Assembly (NCBI GenBank): GCA_022563395.1
Contig: JADFNM010000001.1
Span: 462,342-526,341, forward strand
Origin: Patescibacteria group bacterium
GTDB lineage: Bacteria; Patescibacteriota; Minisyncoccia; Minisyncoccales; UBA10102
DNA length: 64,000 nucleotides
Direction of reading: 5' to 3'
In this document: piece after piece, positions 27,893-39,300 of the stretch
How positions within the stretch are numbered: the first letter of the stretch is position 1
Layout: each line of letters begins with the position of its first letter
Notes under the pieces: model-generated
The model's database searches: none
What the model was told of the DNA's origin: nothing
What the model saw: the letters and a program-made list of their open reading frames with translations, nothing else
Made by a program: the position numbers and the translations under genes

Positions 27893-30000
27893 AACTCGGA
27901 GAAAAGGAGATTTCTTTTGAATTAACCTCCCTTGCTGAGCAGGCAAACGGGAAGGTTTTGGTCAGAATGGGAGATACCGTGGCTTTGGTAACAGCTGTCA
28001 TGTCCCGCCAATCCTTAGACAATCTCCCCTTTTTCCCCTTAACCGTAGAGTATGAAGAGCGATTCTACGCTGCAGGGAAAATCCTGGGTTCGCGCTACAT
28101 GCGAAGGGAAGGAAGGCCCTCGGATGAGGCGGTGATTACGGCCCGCTTAATTGACCGCGCCATTCGCCCCTTGTTCCCCAAAGGATTCAACCGCGAAGTT
28201 CAGGTTATCTGCACCGTGCTTTCCTGGGACGCAACAAACGACCCCGACGTTATGGGGTTAATGGGAGCTTCCTTGGCGCTTTCAACTTCTAACATTCCTT
28301 TTGCAGGACCTGTTGGAGTTGTTCGTATTGGCAACATAGATGGAAAGTTTGTCTTGAACCCAACCTATGAAGAACGCTCAAAGAGCGACCTCGACTTTGT
28401 GTTGGCAGCTACAGCTAAAAAGGGAGAAGTTCTCTTTAATATGATAGAGGCAGAGGGGCAGGAGGTGCCAGAAGACGTATTTCAAGAAGCCCTGGAGTTT
28501 GCAGAGCCCCACCTGTTGTCGCAAATTGAGTTTCAGGAAAAGATTGCAAAAGAACAAGGAAAAGAAAAAGTGCCTTTTGAGGCACCGGGAAGCGATAACG
28601 AACTTGTCCGGGAATGCAAAGAGTTTCTAGGAGAAAAGTTAAAAGAAGCTTTGTTTACAGGAGAAAAGCCTTTACGAATGGAAGCTGTCAATGATCTAAA
28701 GGCAGAGCTCGCCTACTATATTGAGGGCAAGTTTCCAGGACAGGAAAAGGCAAACCCTGCAAAGGACTACTTTGAGTCTGAAATTGACGCCGCGGTTCAC
28801 GAAGCAGCACTCAAGGAAGGAAAGCGCGTAGATGACAGAAAGTTAGATGAAGTAAGAGAGCTTTCAGGAGAGGTTGGGCTTCTCCCCCGCACTCACGGCT
28901 CAGGACTCTTTGTGCGCGAGCGCACCAAAACCCTCTCCATTCTCACCCTGGGAGCGCCCGGAGACCAGAGGCTTATGGAAGGCATGGAGTTTATTGGAAA
29001 GAAACGCTTCATGCACCATTACAACTTTCCTCCGTATGCGCCAGGCGAGGTAAAACCCATGCGGGGCCCCGGAAGACGAGATATTGGCCACGGCTTGCTG
29101 GCTGAAAAAGCCCTCCTTCCCATTATTCCTTCTGTTGACCAGTTCCCCTATACCATTCGCATTGTGACAGAGGTTGTCTCCTCCAACGGCTCCACCTCCA
29201 TGGCTGCGGTCTGCTCCTCCGCGCTTGCCTTGTTGGATGCCGGAGTTCCCATCAAAAGACCGGTTGCCGGCATCTCAATGGGAGTAATGATGGCAGAAAA
29301 CGGCAAGGGTTACGCACTCTTAACTGACATTCAAGGGCCAGAAGACCACCATGGAGACATGGACTTTAAGGTGGCAGGAACCAAAGAAGGAATTACTGCA
29401 ATTCAGATGGACGTGAAAGTACAAGGCATTAGCAAACAAATATTTAAGGAAGCCCTGGCTGCTGCAAAAGAAGTCAGGTTTAAGATTTTAGATAATGTTA
29501 TTGAAAAACTGCTGCCCGAGCAAAGAAGGGAGCTTTCACCCTTTGCCCCTCGCATTATTATTCTTAAAATTAAGCCTGAAAAAATTGGCATGGTTATTGG
29601 CCCTGGAGGAAAAACCATCAACAAGATTATGGACGAAACCGGAGTAGAAATTGACATTGACGATTCGGGCGAAGTTTTCATTACGACAGACGACCCAGAA
29701 ATGGCAAAAAAGGCCTCTGACATGGTACAAGGTATTGTAAAAGAGGTTGAGGTGGGAGAACTGTATGAAGGAAAAGTAAAGAAGATAATGGACTTTGGCG
29801 CATTCGTTGAAATACTTCCGGGTCACGATGGCTTGGTCCACATTTCCCAACTTGCCAATGAACGAGTTGAGAAGGTGACCGACGTGGTAAACGTGGGAGA
29901 CAGTATCACCGTAAAGGTTATCAAGATAGATGACCTCGGGAGAATTGATCTTTCTTTGAAAGAGGCAAAAAAAGCGAGTAGCAAAATGCCAGCACAATAG
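27865..30000 (+). CDS. pnp: Polynucleotide phosphorylase
   Basis: FFPLTV.Y, RLIDR, SNGSTS, GDMDFK, KH and S1. Confidence 0.98.
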   Translation: MASNQDYKIKLGEKEISFELTSLAEQANGKVLVRMGDTVALVTAVMSRQSLDNLPFFPLTVEYEERFYAAGKILGSRYMRREGRPSDEAVITARLIDRAIRPLFPKGFNREVQVICTVLSWDATNDPDVMGLMGASLALSTSNIPFAGPVGVVRIGNIDGKFVLNPTYEERSKSDLDFVLAATAKKGEVLFNMIEAEGQEVPEDVFQEALEFAEPHLLSQIEFQEKIAKEQGKEKVPFEAPGSDNELVRECKEFLGEKLKEALFTGEKPLRMEAVNDLKAELAYYIEGKFPGQEKANPAKDYFESEIDAAVHEAALKEGKRVDDRKLDEVRELSGEVGLLPRTHGSGLFVRERTKTLSILTLGAPGDQRLMEGMEFIGKKRFMHHYNFPPYAPGEVKPMRGPGRRDIGHGLLAEKALLPIIPSVDQFPYTIRIVTEVVSSNGSTSMAAVCSSALALLDAGVPIKRPVAGISMGVMMAENGKGYALLTDIQGPEDHHGDMDFKVAGTKEGITAIQMDVKVQGISKQIFKEALAAAKEVRFKILDNVIEKLLPEQRRELSPFAPRIIILKIKPEKIGMVIGPGGKTINKIMDETGVEIDIDDSGEVFITTDDPEMAKKASDMVQGIVKEVEVGELYEGKVKKIMDFGAFVEILPGHDGLVHISQLANERVEKVTDVVNVGDSITVKVIKIDDLGRIDLSLKEAKKASSKMPAQ

Positions 30001-30026
30001 TTTCTTCATTAAATTAAAGAGATAGC

Positions 30027-31220
30027 ATGGACGCACCAAAACAGCCAGCATCCCAGCCAAATCAACAACCCCCTGACGAGAAGTTGGAGTTTTTAAAAAG
30101 AGAAGAGGTTCGCACCATGGCAAAGGACATTGCCAAGGTCAGAGAAGTGGAGGCGAAAAAAGAGCAAGAGCGCATAGCAAACTTTAAAAAAGAAGCGAAA
30201 CTGCCAAAGAAGCCTCAAGTGGTACTCTCCCAACACCCCGAAGGAAAACTCAGGACGATTTCTAACGGCTCCGCAGGAACTCCGCCTGCCCTGGGTACTT
30301 TCCAACGGCTCCGCGGCCTGCCTGCGCAGGCAGGGAGCTCCGCCGAAAGTGCCCGTCCAAGTCAAGCAGTTGACTCGGACCCCGGGGGAACAACGCAGCT
30401 GACTCCAGCCCCAGAACAGCCTTTGATGCAAAGACGTCATCCCAGGCGCTCCGAAAAGCTGTTCATTCGCCTGGTGCTAGGTGGGATTATCTTGTTTCTG
30501 CTCTTTAATGCGGTGGCCTTTGGGTTCTGGTACTTTTTTCAGAAAGAGGCGGAGCCAAGGCTCGAACCAACGAGTGAACAGGTTGAAGAGCCCACTCTGG
30601 CGGAACCAACACCCCCACCTCCCCCCCAGCCAGAGGCTGGTCCGTCTCAGGCGGAACCCCCAATATCCTTTTTTGAAGCGCCAGAGCAAGAACTCTTAAT
30701 TGAGTCCCCAGGAGAGCTCCTTTCCAAACTTCAGGACTTTCTTGGTGGAGTCCCAGCTCTCGGGTTCACCAATCTTGCGGTAAAAACACAAGGGGATATT
30801 CTTTCTCTTAAAGACTTCCTGCAGGGAGCGGAGATCACAATACCCCAAGAACTCAAAGGAAAGCTCGCAGAAAACCTCATGCTCTTTTCCTACGTTGCAG
30901 AAGACAAAAAGCGCCTTGGATTTGTTGCAAAGCTTAAAGAAACAGAGGGTGTATCAGGACTTTTGCAGTCATGGGAGCAAAGCAACATGGAGCAGGACCT
31001 GGCTTCTTTCTTTGACATTATTGAAAGAAAGGGGTCAGCCTACACTCCCTTCTTTCGTTCCGCCACTTACCAGGGAGTGCAAGTTCGCTTTCAGACCTTT
31101 TCTGTGACAGACTTTGGGATTGTGTATGGTGTTCTCGATAACAAATTACTACTCACCAGCTCATTTGAGAGTTTCCAGAGGGCGGTTGACCAACTTAAGG
31201 CATCAAGACCAGAACCTTAG
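30027..31220 (+). CDS. Membrane-anchored hypothetical protein with Pro-rich linkers
   Basis: EVRTMAKDI N-terminal motif, one TM. Confidence 0.8.
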   Translation: MDAPKQPASQPNQQPPDEKLEFLKREEVRTMAKDIAKVREVEAKKEQERIANFKKEAKLPKKPQVVLSQHPEGKLRTISNGSAGTPPALGTFQRLRGLPAQAGSSAESARPSQAVDSDPGGTTQLTPAPEQPLMQRRHPRRSEKLFIRLVLGGIILFLLFNAVAFGFWYFFQKEAEPRLEPTSEQVEEPTLAEPTPPPPPQPEAGPSQAEPPISFFEAPEQELLIESPGELLSKLQDFLGGVPALGFTNLAVKTQGDILSLKDFLQGAEITIPQELKGKLAENLMLFSYVAEDKKRLGFVAKLKETEGVSGLLQSWEQSNMEQDLASFFDIIERKGSAYTPFFRSATYQGVQVRFQTFSVTDFGIVYGVLDNKLLLTSSFESFQRAVDQLKASRPEP

Positions 31221-31294
31221 GATATAAACCACCATATTAATAAATCAATAATTTCATCAAGGTGCGCTGCGCACATTGATTTATTAGTACCAGG

Positions 31295-31657
31295 GTGAAC
31301 AAGAAATCAATTACAAAAACACAGCAGAAGTTAGAAGAGAAAAAGAAACAGCTGGAGCAAGAGCTGTCTTCTTTTGCTACCAAAGACCCCAATGTGAAAG
31401 GGGACTGGGACACCAAGTACCCCCGTGTTCCAGAGGGGGACCTAGAGGATGCTGCAGGAGAAGTAGAAGAATACTCCACCAAGCTTCACATTGAGTTTAG
31501 TTTAGAAAAGCAGCTTAAAGAGGTGAACAACGCTTTGGAGCGCATTGCAAAAGGGCAGTATGGAATGTGTGAGAACTGCAGCAAGGAAATTCCAGAAGAA
31601 CGGCTCCTTGCCATACCAGAATCACGGCATTGCACGGAGTGTACAGCAAAGCAATAA
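31295..31657 (+). CDS. DksA/TraR C4 zinc-finger protein
   Basis: YGMCENC..I..ERL.A.P....C..C. Confidence 0.9.
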   Translation: MNKKSITKTQQKLEEKKKQLEQELSSFATKDPNVKGDWDTKYPRVPEGDLEDAAGEVEEYSTKLHIEFSLEKQLKEVNNALERIAKGQYGMCENCSKEIPEERLLAIPESRHCTECTAKQ

Positions 31658-31660
31658 CAA

Positions 31661-31692
31661 AAAAGACCCTGGGTTTTGCCCGGGGCCTTGTT
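31661..31692. terminator. Probable bidirectional terminator
   Basis: GC hairpin between convergent genes, A/T flanks. Confidence 0.6.
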
Positions 31693-32658
31693 TTATCGGA
31701 ATGGATTCGCTGCGCCTCTCACCTCAAAGTGAACGTGGCATCCCGTGGCATACCCAGTGCGCCCCGTATATCCAACAAGCTGCCCTTGGTATACTTTTGT
31801 TCCGGGGGTTGTGAGAATTGCTGAAAGATGCCCATAATAGGTCACCACGCCGTTGGGATGAATGATGCGAACATAGTTTCCTCCCAAGGATGTATATCCG
31901 GTTCTCTGCACGGTTCCTCCAGCTGCTGCATACACCGATTCCCCGCATATTCCGTTGGAAAAGTCCACTGCATTAAAGGCGTGCAGTCCTTGGGTGATGT
32001 GGTAGGGGGAAGGAACCGGGTAGATGAAGTAGGAGTTGGCAAGAGGAGTGAGTCTGCCTTGGGGAAGAACCGAGGGTTGAATACCGTCTGGAATAATCAA
32101 GAAGTCTCCTGCAAAAATGGCAGAAGAGGATTCCAGGGCATTAAAGGAAACAATCTCTTTAACTTCAGCTTGGTACCAGCTTGCAATCTCGCTTAAAGTA
32201 TCGTTGGGGCGCACCAGGTGCAGAGCACCGATGGTGGGCAGGATTACAAGCTCATGGCCTGGTTTTAATGTGGAGCTTTGAGACAGGTCGTTTGCCCAGA
32301 GAATGGTGTTCAAAGAAACCCCAAACTGCTCTGCCACGCTTGCCGTGGTATCTTCTTTCTGTACAATATATCTTGCAACCTCGGGGCGAATATCAGCTTC
32401 CAGTTGCCCCATAATGGCTCCTAGCACCTGAGGAGTTATGGTCAAAGGAGGGGTGGCGGCCCGAAGGGTATTGTGCGCCACAAACATTAACTCGGGGGTT
32501 TCTGGAGCCGGAGCCTGCTTAGAAGAAAGTTCAAAAGCAGAAAGAACATTGGATCTAAGGCCTAGGTCTCCTGGCCCCTCTATGGTGCGAAAACTCAATA
32601 TGAGCAACAAAAAAGTAGCGATCACAGCTACATATAAAAGAGGGCTAGCGGTTTTCAT
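31693..32658 (-). CDS. LysM-LysM-M23 peptidase
   Basis: Two LysM domains, H..NAVD, YYGHL, HVHFEV. Confidence 0.92.
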   Translation of the reverse strand: MKTASPLLYVAVIATFLLLILSFRTIEGPGDLGLRSNVLSAFELSSKQAPAPETPELMFVAHNTLRAATPPLTITPQVLGAIMGQLEADIRPEVARYIVQKEDTTASVAEQFGVSLNTILWANDLSQSSTLKPGHELVILPTIGALHLVRPNDTLSEIASWYQAEVKEIVSFNALESSSAIFAGDFLIIPDGIQPSVLPQGRLTPLANSYFIYPVPSPYHITQGLHAFNAVDFSNGICGESVYAAAGGTVQRTGYTSLGGNYVRIIHPNGVVTYYGHLSAILTTPGTKVYQGQLVGYTGRTGYATGCHVHFEVRGAANPFR

Positions 32659-32723
32659 ACCTATTGTCCCATGTTACGCTCACTGACCTCAAAGTCAATA
32701 TCTGTATCCACACCCCTAAAACA

Positions 32724-33548
32724 ATGGATTTATACTCAATAAAAACTATAAAAGAGCTTCTAAGAGCATACAATACAATCCCAAAGGAACGCCTTGGTCA
32801 GAACTTCTTGTTGGAAAAAAGGGTGGCTTCAAAGATGCTCAAGGCAACAGAGATCTCTCAAAAAGACATCGTTCTTGAGATAGGGCCGGGGATTGGGACT
32901 TTAACCCAAGAACTCGCTCAAAAAGCAAAACGAGTCATTGCCGTAGAAAAAGACCCTACCATGGTAAAGATTCTCAGGGAAACCACCGGAGCCCTCCCCA
33001 ATATAGAGATTATCCAAGCTGACATCCTCAAGCTAAACTTAGCTAGACTAAGTTACTCAAAGGTGGTGGCAAACCTTCCTTATTATATTACCTCGCCTGT
33101 AATACGCATGTTCCTTGAAGCAAAGAACAAGCCAGAGCTCATGGTGTTTATGGTGCAAAAAGAGGTTGCGCAAAGGATTTGTGCCAAGCCCCCAGACATG
33201 AATCTGCTGGCTGTGTCCGTACAGTTTTACGCTGAACCAAAAATCGTTTCCTTTGTGCGCAAGGGTGCTTTTTGGCCTCAGCCTAAGGTGGATTCTGCTA
33301 TTGTAAAGATTGTGCCAAAAAATGAGTTACCTTTTGTGGATCCTGGTCTTTTCTTTCGTATTGTGAAAGCGGGCTTTAAACAACCAAGAAAGCAGCTAGG
33401 AAACAACCTCGCGCAAGGACTCAAACTTTCAAGAGAAGAAATAGAAACTTGGCTTAACCAAGGGGATATTCAACCAACGCAGAGGGCCGAAACCCTTTCA
33501 CTTACAGACTGGGTAGTGCTCGCAAAATCTCTTCCAAAGTCTACCTAA
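32724..33548 (+). CDS. rsmA: 16S rRNA dimethyltransferase RsmA/KsgA
   Basis: LGQNFL, EIGPGIG, ANLPY, F.P.PKVDS; ATG at 32724. Confidence 0.97.
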   Translation: MDLYSIKTIKELLRAYNTIPKERLGQNFLLEKRVASKMLKATEISQKDIVLEIGPGIGTLTQELAQKAKRVIAVEKDPTMVKILRETTGALPNIEIIQADILKLNLARLSYSKVVANLPYYITSPVIRMFLEAKNKPELMVFMVQKEVAQRICAKPPDMNLLAVSVQFYAEPKIVSFVRKGAFWPQPKVDSAIVKIVPKNELPFVDPGLFFRIVKAGFKQPRKQLGNNLAQGLKLSREEIETWLNQGDIQPTQRAETLSLTDWVVLAKSLPKST

Positions 33549-33585
33549 ACGAGATTTAGGTGTGGATAACTAAATCTCGTTTAGG
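33544..33585. repeat. Inverted palindrome pair enclosing a perfect DnaA box
   Basis: CCTAAACGAGATTTAGG-TGTGGATAA-CTAAATCTCGTTTAGG. Confidence 0.85.
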
Positions 33586-33615
33586 CAGAACGGGAGAATC
33601 TGGTACAATAAAACA

Positions 33616-36249
33616 ATGCGATTTATTGTAATTGGTTTGGTATTGAGCGTTCTTGTTTTTGTTCCTCAATTTGCTGTTGCAAACACAGCTCCGGTGGCAA
33701 ATGCAAATGGGCCCTATGAAGAGACGATAGGAAAACCTATTATATTTGATGGCTCAGCTTCCTCTGACGCAGACGGGGATTTCTTGACGTCGTATAGCTG
33801 GGACTTTGGGGATGAAGCTACAGGAACTGGCAGATTTTCTTTTCATGTATACGCTGCCCCCGGAATCTATACAGTAACTCTTGTAGTACATGACGGCACA
33901 GAAAACTCGGCCCCTGCAACAACAGAAGCAGTAATAGGGTTGGCTCCGCCAAGCAACCCGGTCTTGCCTAAAGAGGATGCGGGCTCGGTGGCGTTCCCCT
34001 TAATTCTTGAATGGGAAGAGGTAGAAAATGCCAAGTCGTATTTCTATAACATTTTCCCCATGGAAGAGGCCTTTTCGGTCTCAGATACAAAAAGCGGACC
34101 CCTGCCAAACGAGGTTTTGGAGTTCCTCTCCCCAAAAATCTATGAGGAGTACAAAAGGCAGTGCAAGCAAGAAAAAGGAGGGGCATGCTCAGATGAAGAC
34201 ATCCAGCGGGTTATTGTAAGGGAGCAAACCTACCCTTGGAGGGTAAAGGCGTGCACCGTTCCAAATCCTTCCGCCCCAGACGACGCCTCTTGCGGGCCCT
34301 ACAGCGATCCACCTTGGAGTTTTGTATATATCCCCCAACCCCCAGAAAACTTAGAAGAACCGAGCCCAGGTTCTTCGGGCGTTACCCTGCCCGTAAAGCT
34401 GGGGTGGACAGGAGTTGAGAATGTAGGTTCCTATGTTATTGATGTGCGGCTTGACATTGGCTGCAGCGTTATAGACAACATTGTAGGGTTCTTTACTGGA
34501 GGAGATTGCGACCCTCTGAACTTCTTTATAGAATCGGTCCTTGACTGGTTTGGGTTTGGAGAAAACTATGACCCATCCTGCCCTTGGAATTTGTGGAATA
34601 AGAACACGCAAGAATGCGTGCCCCTGCCCATCCTCCCTCGACTCAACAATGAAGACCCTCCAGTAGAAGAGTTGACCCCTCAATACCAAGATGCGGAACA
34701 AAAAATCTTGAAGATAAAAATTCCGGGGGTAGGTGATGTAGGAGATACGGTAGAAGGCCAATGCGTGTTTCCCAAAAATGCATCCTATAAAATCACCATC
34801 GCAAGTTGTCTGGATAAACAGGCACAAATCTGTGGGGAGTGGAGCGATGAATGGAAGTTTTCAACCGGAGCCAACAGAGAAGACGGTTCTTCATACGAAT
34901 TGCCGACTCCCACCCATATTGAACCAGAGTACGAACTGGGCAAACCCTTGCCTGTTGTAGGCAAAAACGCCTTGCTCAAATGGGAGGCGCAGAATTGTGT
35001 GCATTACGTGCGCCTCTTCGTTTCTCCTGTTGGGGGCAGTCCCATCATTAAAGAAATCTTGCCAAACTTTGAAAGCGCAGACCTTTCCCGAGAACAGTTT
35101 AAAAAGCTTTGGGACGAACCTTCCGACTTAGACAAAGAGTATGTATGGAATCTAGAGCCTTGCTGGCGAGTAGTGGATGATATATTTTGTGAAGGAGTGT
35201 TTAGCAACGAGTGGTATTTTAAAACCATTGGAGAACCACCTCTCCTTGAAACTCCAGAGAATGGCGAGTTTATGAAAGTTCCAAGTCAACTTTCTTGGAA
35301 AGGCATTGGCGGAGTAGAATCCTACAAAATAGAGATTGCTTCTGATGAAGAATTTGAAAACATTGTAAAGGAAGAAAGTGTGATACTGGGGAACACCTTT
35401 GTTGTTCTTTTTGAAGATGGTTTTCGACCAGACAACCAGTATTGGTGGCATGTGGCATCCTGCGCAGATACAGAGGGGGAAGTATGTGGAAACAACTGGA
35501 GCGAAGAAAGAAGCTTTCGTACTCATCCCTTACTTCCTCCTACCAATCCAAACCCGGGGGACGAAGGAGAAATGTTAATCCCAGGAAGCATCTCGTGGCA
35601 GCCAGATCCCGGAGCTTCCTATTATCAATACCAAATCTCGTATGCCTTACTCGCTCCAGACGAAACGCTTGAGGGGTGCGCAGAAAAAGAAGGGACGCAA
35701 ATTATTCCAAGACCAGGGGATACTCCTCCTATCACAAACCAAACTTCCTTTTATTTGAGTGAGCGCTGTACCGGAGAATACAATTGGAAAGTTCAATCTT
35801 GTGCGGATAAAGATTGCGCTATAAACAGTGACGATACCGAGGATTGGACAGCAACCCCGCTCTGGAGCTTTACTGCACAAGAACTCCCCGTGGAAGAACG
35901 CTTTGGTTTGGTCCCTTGCGGAAGAAACTCCAACAACCCCAAAACTCCGTACAATGAAAAAGAAGCATGTGGGGTAAAACACGTGGGCTTTCTTCTGCAA
36001 AACATCTTGGACTTTGTGCTATGGAAACTGTCTCTCATTATTCTTGCCGTCTTGGCGGTGTTTGTGGCAGCATCAACTTACTTCTCTTTTGGAAGGCCTG
36101 ATGTCATAACGCGTATTCGCTCTGTGTTTCGCTCTTACTTCTATGGTGTTCTCATTCTTCTCTTTGCCTGGCTCATTGTGAATATCATCATGGCGGTGCT
36201 TGGCTTTAACGTTAACTTCTTTGGCAATTGGTATGAAATACCATTTTAA
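33616..36249 (+). CDS. Large surface protein: signal peptide, PKD, about 5 Cys-containing Fn3-like repeats, C-terminal GLVPCG pilin domain
   Basis: YSWDFGD; repeated Y.W.V..C...C..WS..WSF; GLVPCG + 2 TM. Confidence 0.82.
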   Translation: MRFIVIGLVLSVLVFVPQFAVANTAPVANANGPYEETIGKPIIFDGSASSDADGDFLTSYSWDFGDEATGTGRFSFHVYAAPGIYTVTLVVHDGTENSAPATTEAVIGLAPPSNPVLPKEDAGSVAFPLILEWEEVENAKSYFYNIFPMEEAFSVSDTKSGPLPNEVLEFLSPKIYEEYKRQCKQEKGGACSDEDIQRVIVREQTYPWRVKACTVPNPSAPDDASCGPYSDPPWSFVYIPQPPENLEEPSPGSSGVTLPVKLGWTGVENVGSYVIDVRLDIGCSVIDNIVGFFTGGDCDPLNFFIESVLDWFGFGENYDPSCPWNLWNKNTQECVPLPILPRLNNEDPPVEELTPQYQDAEQKILKIKIPGVGDVGDTVEGQCVFPKNASYKITIASCLDKQAQICGEWSDEWKFSTGANREDGSSYELPTPTHIEPEYELGKPLPVVGKNALLKWEAQNCVHYVRLFVSPVGGSPIIKEILPNFESADLSREQFKKLWDEPSDLDKEYVWNLEPCWRVVDDIFCEGVFSNEWYFKTIGEPPLLETPENGEFMKVPSQLSWKGIGGVESYKIEIASDEEFENIVKEESVILGNTFVVLFEDGFRPDNQYWWHVASCADTEGEVCGNNWSEERSFRTHPLLPPTNPNPGDEGEMLIPGSISWQPDPGASYYQYQISYALLAPDETLEGCAEKEGTQIIPRPGDTPPITNQTSFYLSERCTGEYNWKVQSCADKDCAINSDDTEDWTATPLWSFTAQELPVEERFGLVPCGRNSNNPKTPYNEKEACGVKHVGFLLQNILDFVLWKLSLIILAVLAVFVAASTYFSFGRPDVITRIRSVFRSYFYGVLILLFAWLIVNIIMAVLGFNVNFFGNWYEIPF

Positions 36250-36322
36250 ACACATCCTTAATTTCATTTAGGAACTATGGCTTTCCATTTTCACCCTCTC
36301 TGGGATATAATATAATAACCAT

Positions 36323-39300
36323 ATGTACAAACGAGTTGTAGATTTCATGCGCGCTCTACCCCCGCACAAAGGAATGCTCTTTGGCATAACATTTTTTATA
36401 GTACTTTTTTCTATTGTTCCTCTGCGGTTTGCTGAGGCAAACATCTTTTCTGACATCTTTGGGCTAATCAGCAACCTTTGGATTGGCTGGGCGTTTGGAA
36501 TACCGCTTGCCATAATCACCGCCCTGCTGGTCATTGGCGCGCTTTTGGCTGTCTGGCTGTCTGCAGTCCTGGTAACCATCATCAAGTTCTTTATCATATC
36601 CTCTCTTAGCGTACCGATTCTCCCCGGATCTGGGATTGAGGTGGTAACTGTGGGATGGGAGTTCTCACGAGACTTGGTGAATCTTGTCTTTATCCTTATT
36701 CTTGTTTTTATTGGGCTTGCAACTATTTTGCGTATTCAAAATTACCAAGCGCAGCGAGCCCTTCCTCTTTTAATTGTCGTTGCACTTCTTGTGAACTTTA
36801 GCGGTGTGTTTGTTGCTTTCATCGTAGATATTGCCAACCTTGTCACCAATGCCTTTGTGGCAAAACTGGGTGGATTTCATATGGCAGTCGCGGGATCTAA
36901 GGCGATTCTCGAATCTTTAGCAACGGGCCTCGTCGGCATTGTCACCAACCTTACAGACTTTGGCGCCATTCTAGTCCCCCCGATAACGGCAGCAATTTAT
37001 CTTATTTTCTACCTTGTATTTGCGATTATAATGTTTTTGGTCGCCCTTCTCATTATTGTGCGTGTGGGCATTTTGTGGGCACTTACGATTTTAGCACCCC
37101 TTGCATTTGCATCTTACATTCTGCCTGCCACCAGAGGCTTGTGGAATCAGTGGCTCAAACAGCTTATCCAGTGGTCCATTATTGGCATACCCATAGCATT
37201 TTTCCTCTGGCTTGCCCAAACCGCTGCAGCCGGTGCTACAAACATTAAAAATGCGTTCATGCTGGGGATTAGACCTGAGTGCTATAACCCTGCCTCCGAA
37301 GAATTCTTGAATGGGGCAGGATGCCTTAATGGGGCGGATCCTGGACTGATGAATGTTATCGCAAACCTTATGGGTCCTATGGTTGCTCTTCTCTTGGTTG
37401 TAATGGGAATTATAGTGGCGATGCAGTTTGCTCCTGCTGGAGCAAACCAGGTTATTAACCTTGGAAAGAAATGGGGGCCGAAGGGCGGAGCTGCTCTTGG
37501 AACTTTTGCATGGAGAAGAATGGGGGCTGGTATAGAAAAGTTTGGGGGGAATATCAGGAAGCGGGCACAAGGCACATGGGATGTTGAAAAAGACACGCTT
37601 ACTAGGGGCGAAAAAGTTCTTGGGGCAATAGGAAGAACAACACGCCTTGAAAAAATTAACTTGGGCCGCTTTGGAAAAAGGGGGGCAGAGATTTTTGGCA
37701 CGGTTATTGAGACTGGGAGTAGAAAAACAACTGCCCAAATGCACAAACGGGATGACGCTGAAATAGCTAAAGCATTAAAAGCAGGCACAAACCAAGATTT
37801 CAATGACAACTTCGGCGATATGACAATCGCTGCAAAAAGAAAAGATTGGAATACCTATCTTGGGAAGCTGGTTGCTACCATAGATAAAAATGGAGACACC
37901 GATGAAGTCAGAAAGGCAGCAAACTCTGGAAAACTGAGCTGGAAAGATATTGATGCAGCCCTACAGCATGCAGAGCACCATGGGAATCCTGATTACTTCC
38001 GTCCTATTATAAAGGGGCTACGCGGTAAAATGCAGGATGGCACAAAAACGGAAGATGGCACCTTGCTACATCCACAGGAATCAAACCTTGCAACTATTGA
38101 TGAAAAAACGAAAGTTCGAGACATTACAGAAAAAGTTGTAGACCTAGAAAGTATTATGGGCACACCCGAAGGAGAGGAGGTACTAAACGGATATTTCTTA
38201 AATGCTGATTCTAACATTACAACGGCAGTGATGCGACATCCGAACAGAGCGGTGCGGGAATGGGCAGTGCAACATGCAGAATCGCTGGGCGCAGACTGGT
38301 TTCTTGAGAACAACAGGCGAGATACACTTGAAACGATTGTCAGCTCGGGAGGAAGAAGCATGGGCGTGCCTGTGTTTGGCGGACTAGCTCGCGACGGGAT
38401 TCGCCGAATGGCGGTTGAAAGAACAGGGCGTATGAGCGACGAGGAGCTTGAACAAAAAATTGAGAGGACGAATGATCAAATAGGGGGATTGAGGGTGCGC
38501 GAAGAAGAAGAACGGGCGGCTGGAAGAAAACCAGGAACAATCAAAAATCAGAGAGGGCAGCTTGAGAAAGAACGTACGGAAGCCCAGGAGGCGCTCCGCC
38601 TGCGCAGACTTTCTCCAGAGGATTTGCAACAAGAAAGAGTGGATCGCCAGTCCGAGATTGGCAACATAGACCAACAATTTGCCGCCAAAACGATAGACGG
38701 GGATGAATACTACCGTCAAAAAGCACAGCCACAGCGAAACCTTGAGCGCACGGAACAAGAGCTAGAAAGGAGGGGAGTTGCTACGCCCGAAAAAGAACCG
38801 GTCTCAGGGGAAAGAGCAAAACTCCAAGAATCTACCGGCCCCATAGGAAAGACTTACCAGCAATGGACGAAACAAATACAGCGAGCGAGAGAGCTCGGGG
38901 CTTCGCTTCCAGAACTTCATGCGCGTGTTATGGGTCTAAGAGACGAAAAGGAGCGTGATCGCGCATCAAATATGCTTATAGAGCTTGGAACTAAGGCCGA
39001 AGCGGAACAAGAAGTTGCACAGGAATTCATTGCTTCAATTCTTACAGTATCAAAAGAATCTGAAGGTCTTTCAGTAAAAGAACAAAGAGAGGCGATAAAC
39101 CCCCTCAAGCTTGACGCCGAACGAAGTTCCGCAATGAACGAAGTAAAAAACACGCTGAAAAAGCTTCGAGCAAACTTAGAGAAGGCAGAAAGCAAACAAC
39201 GCGATGAAGAACCCCCAGCTCCTCCCGGAGAAACCCCTGGAGGCCCCATTCCGCCGCCTTCTCCGCCACCACCACCGCCTAACACAGGAAGGGCCCCAGT

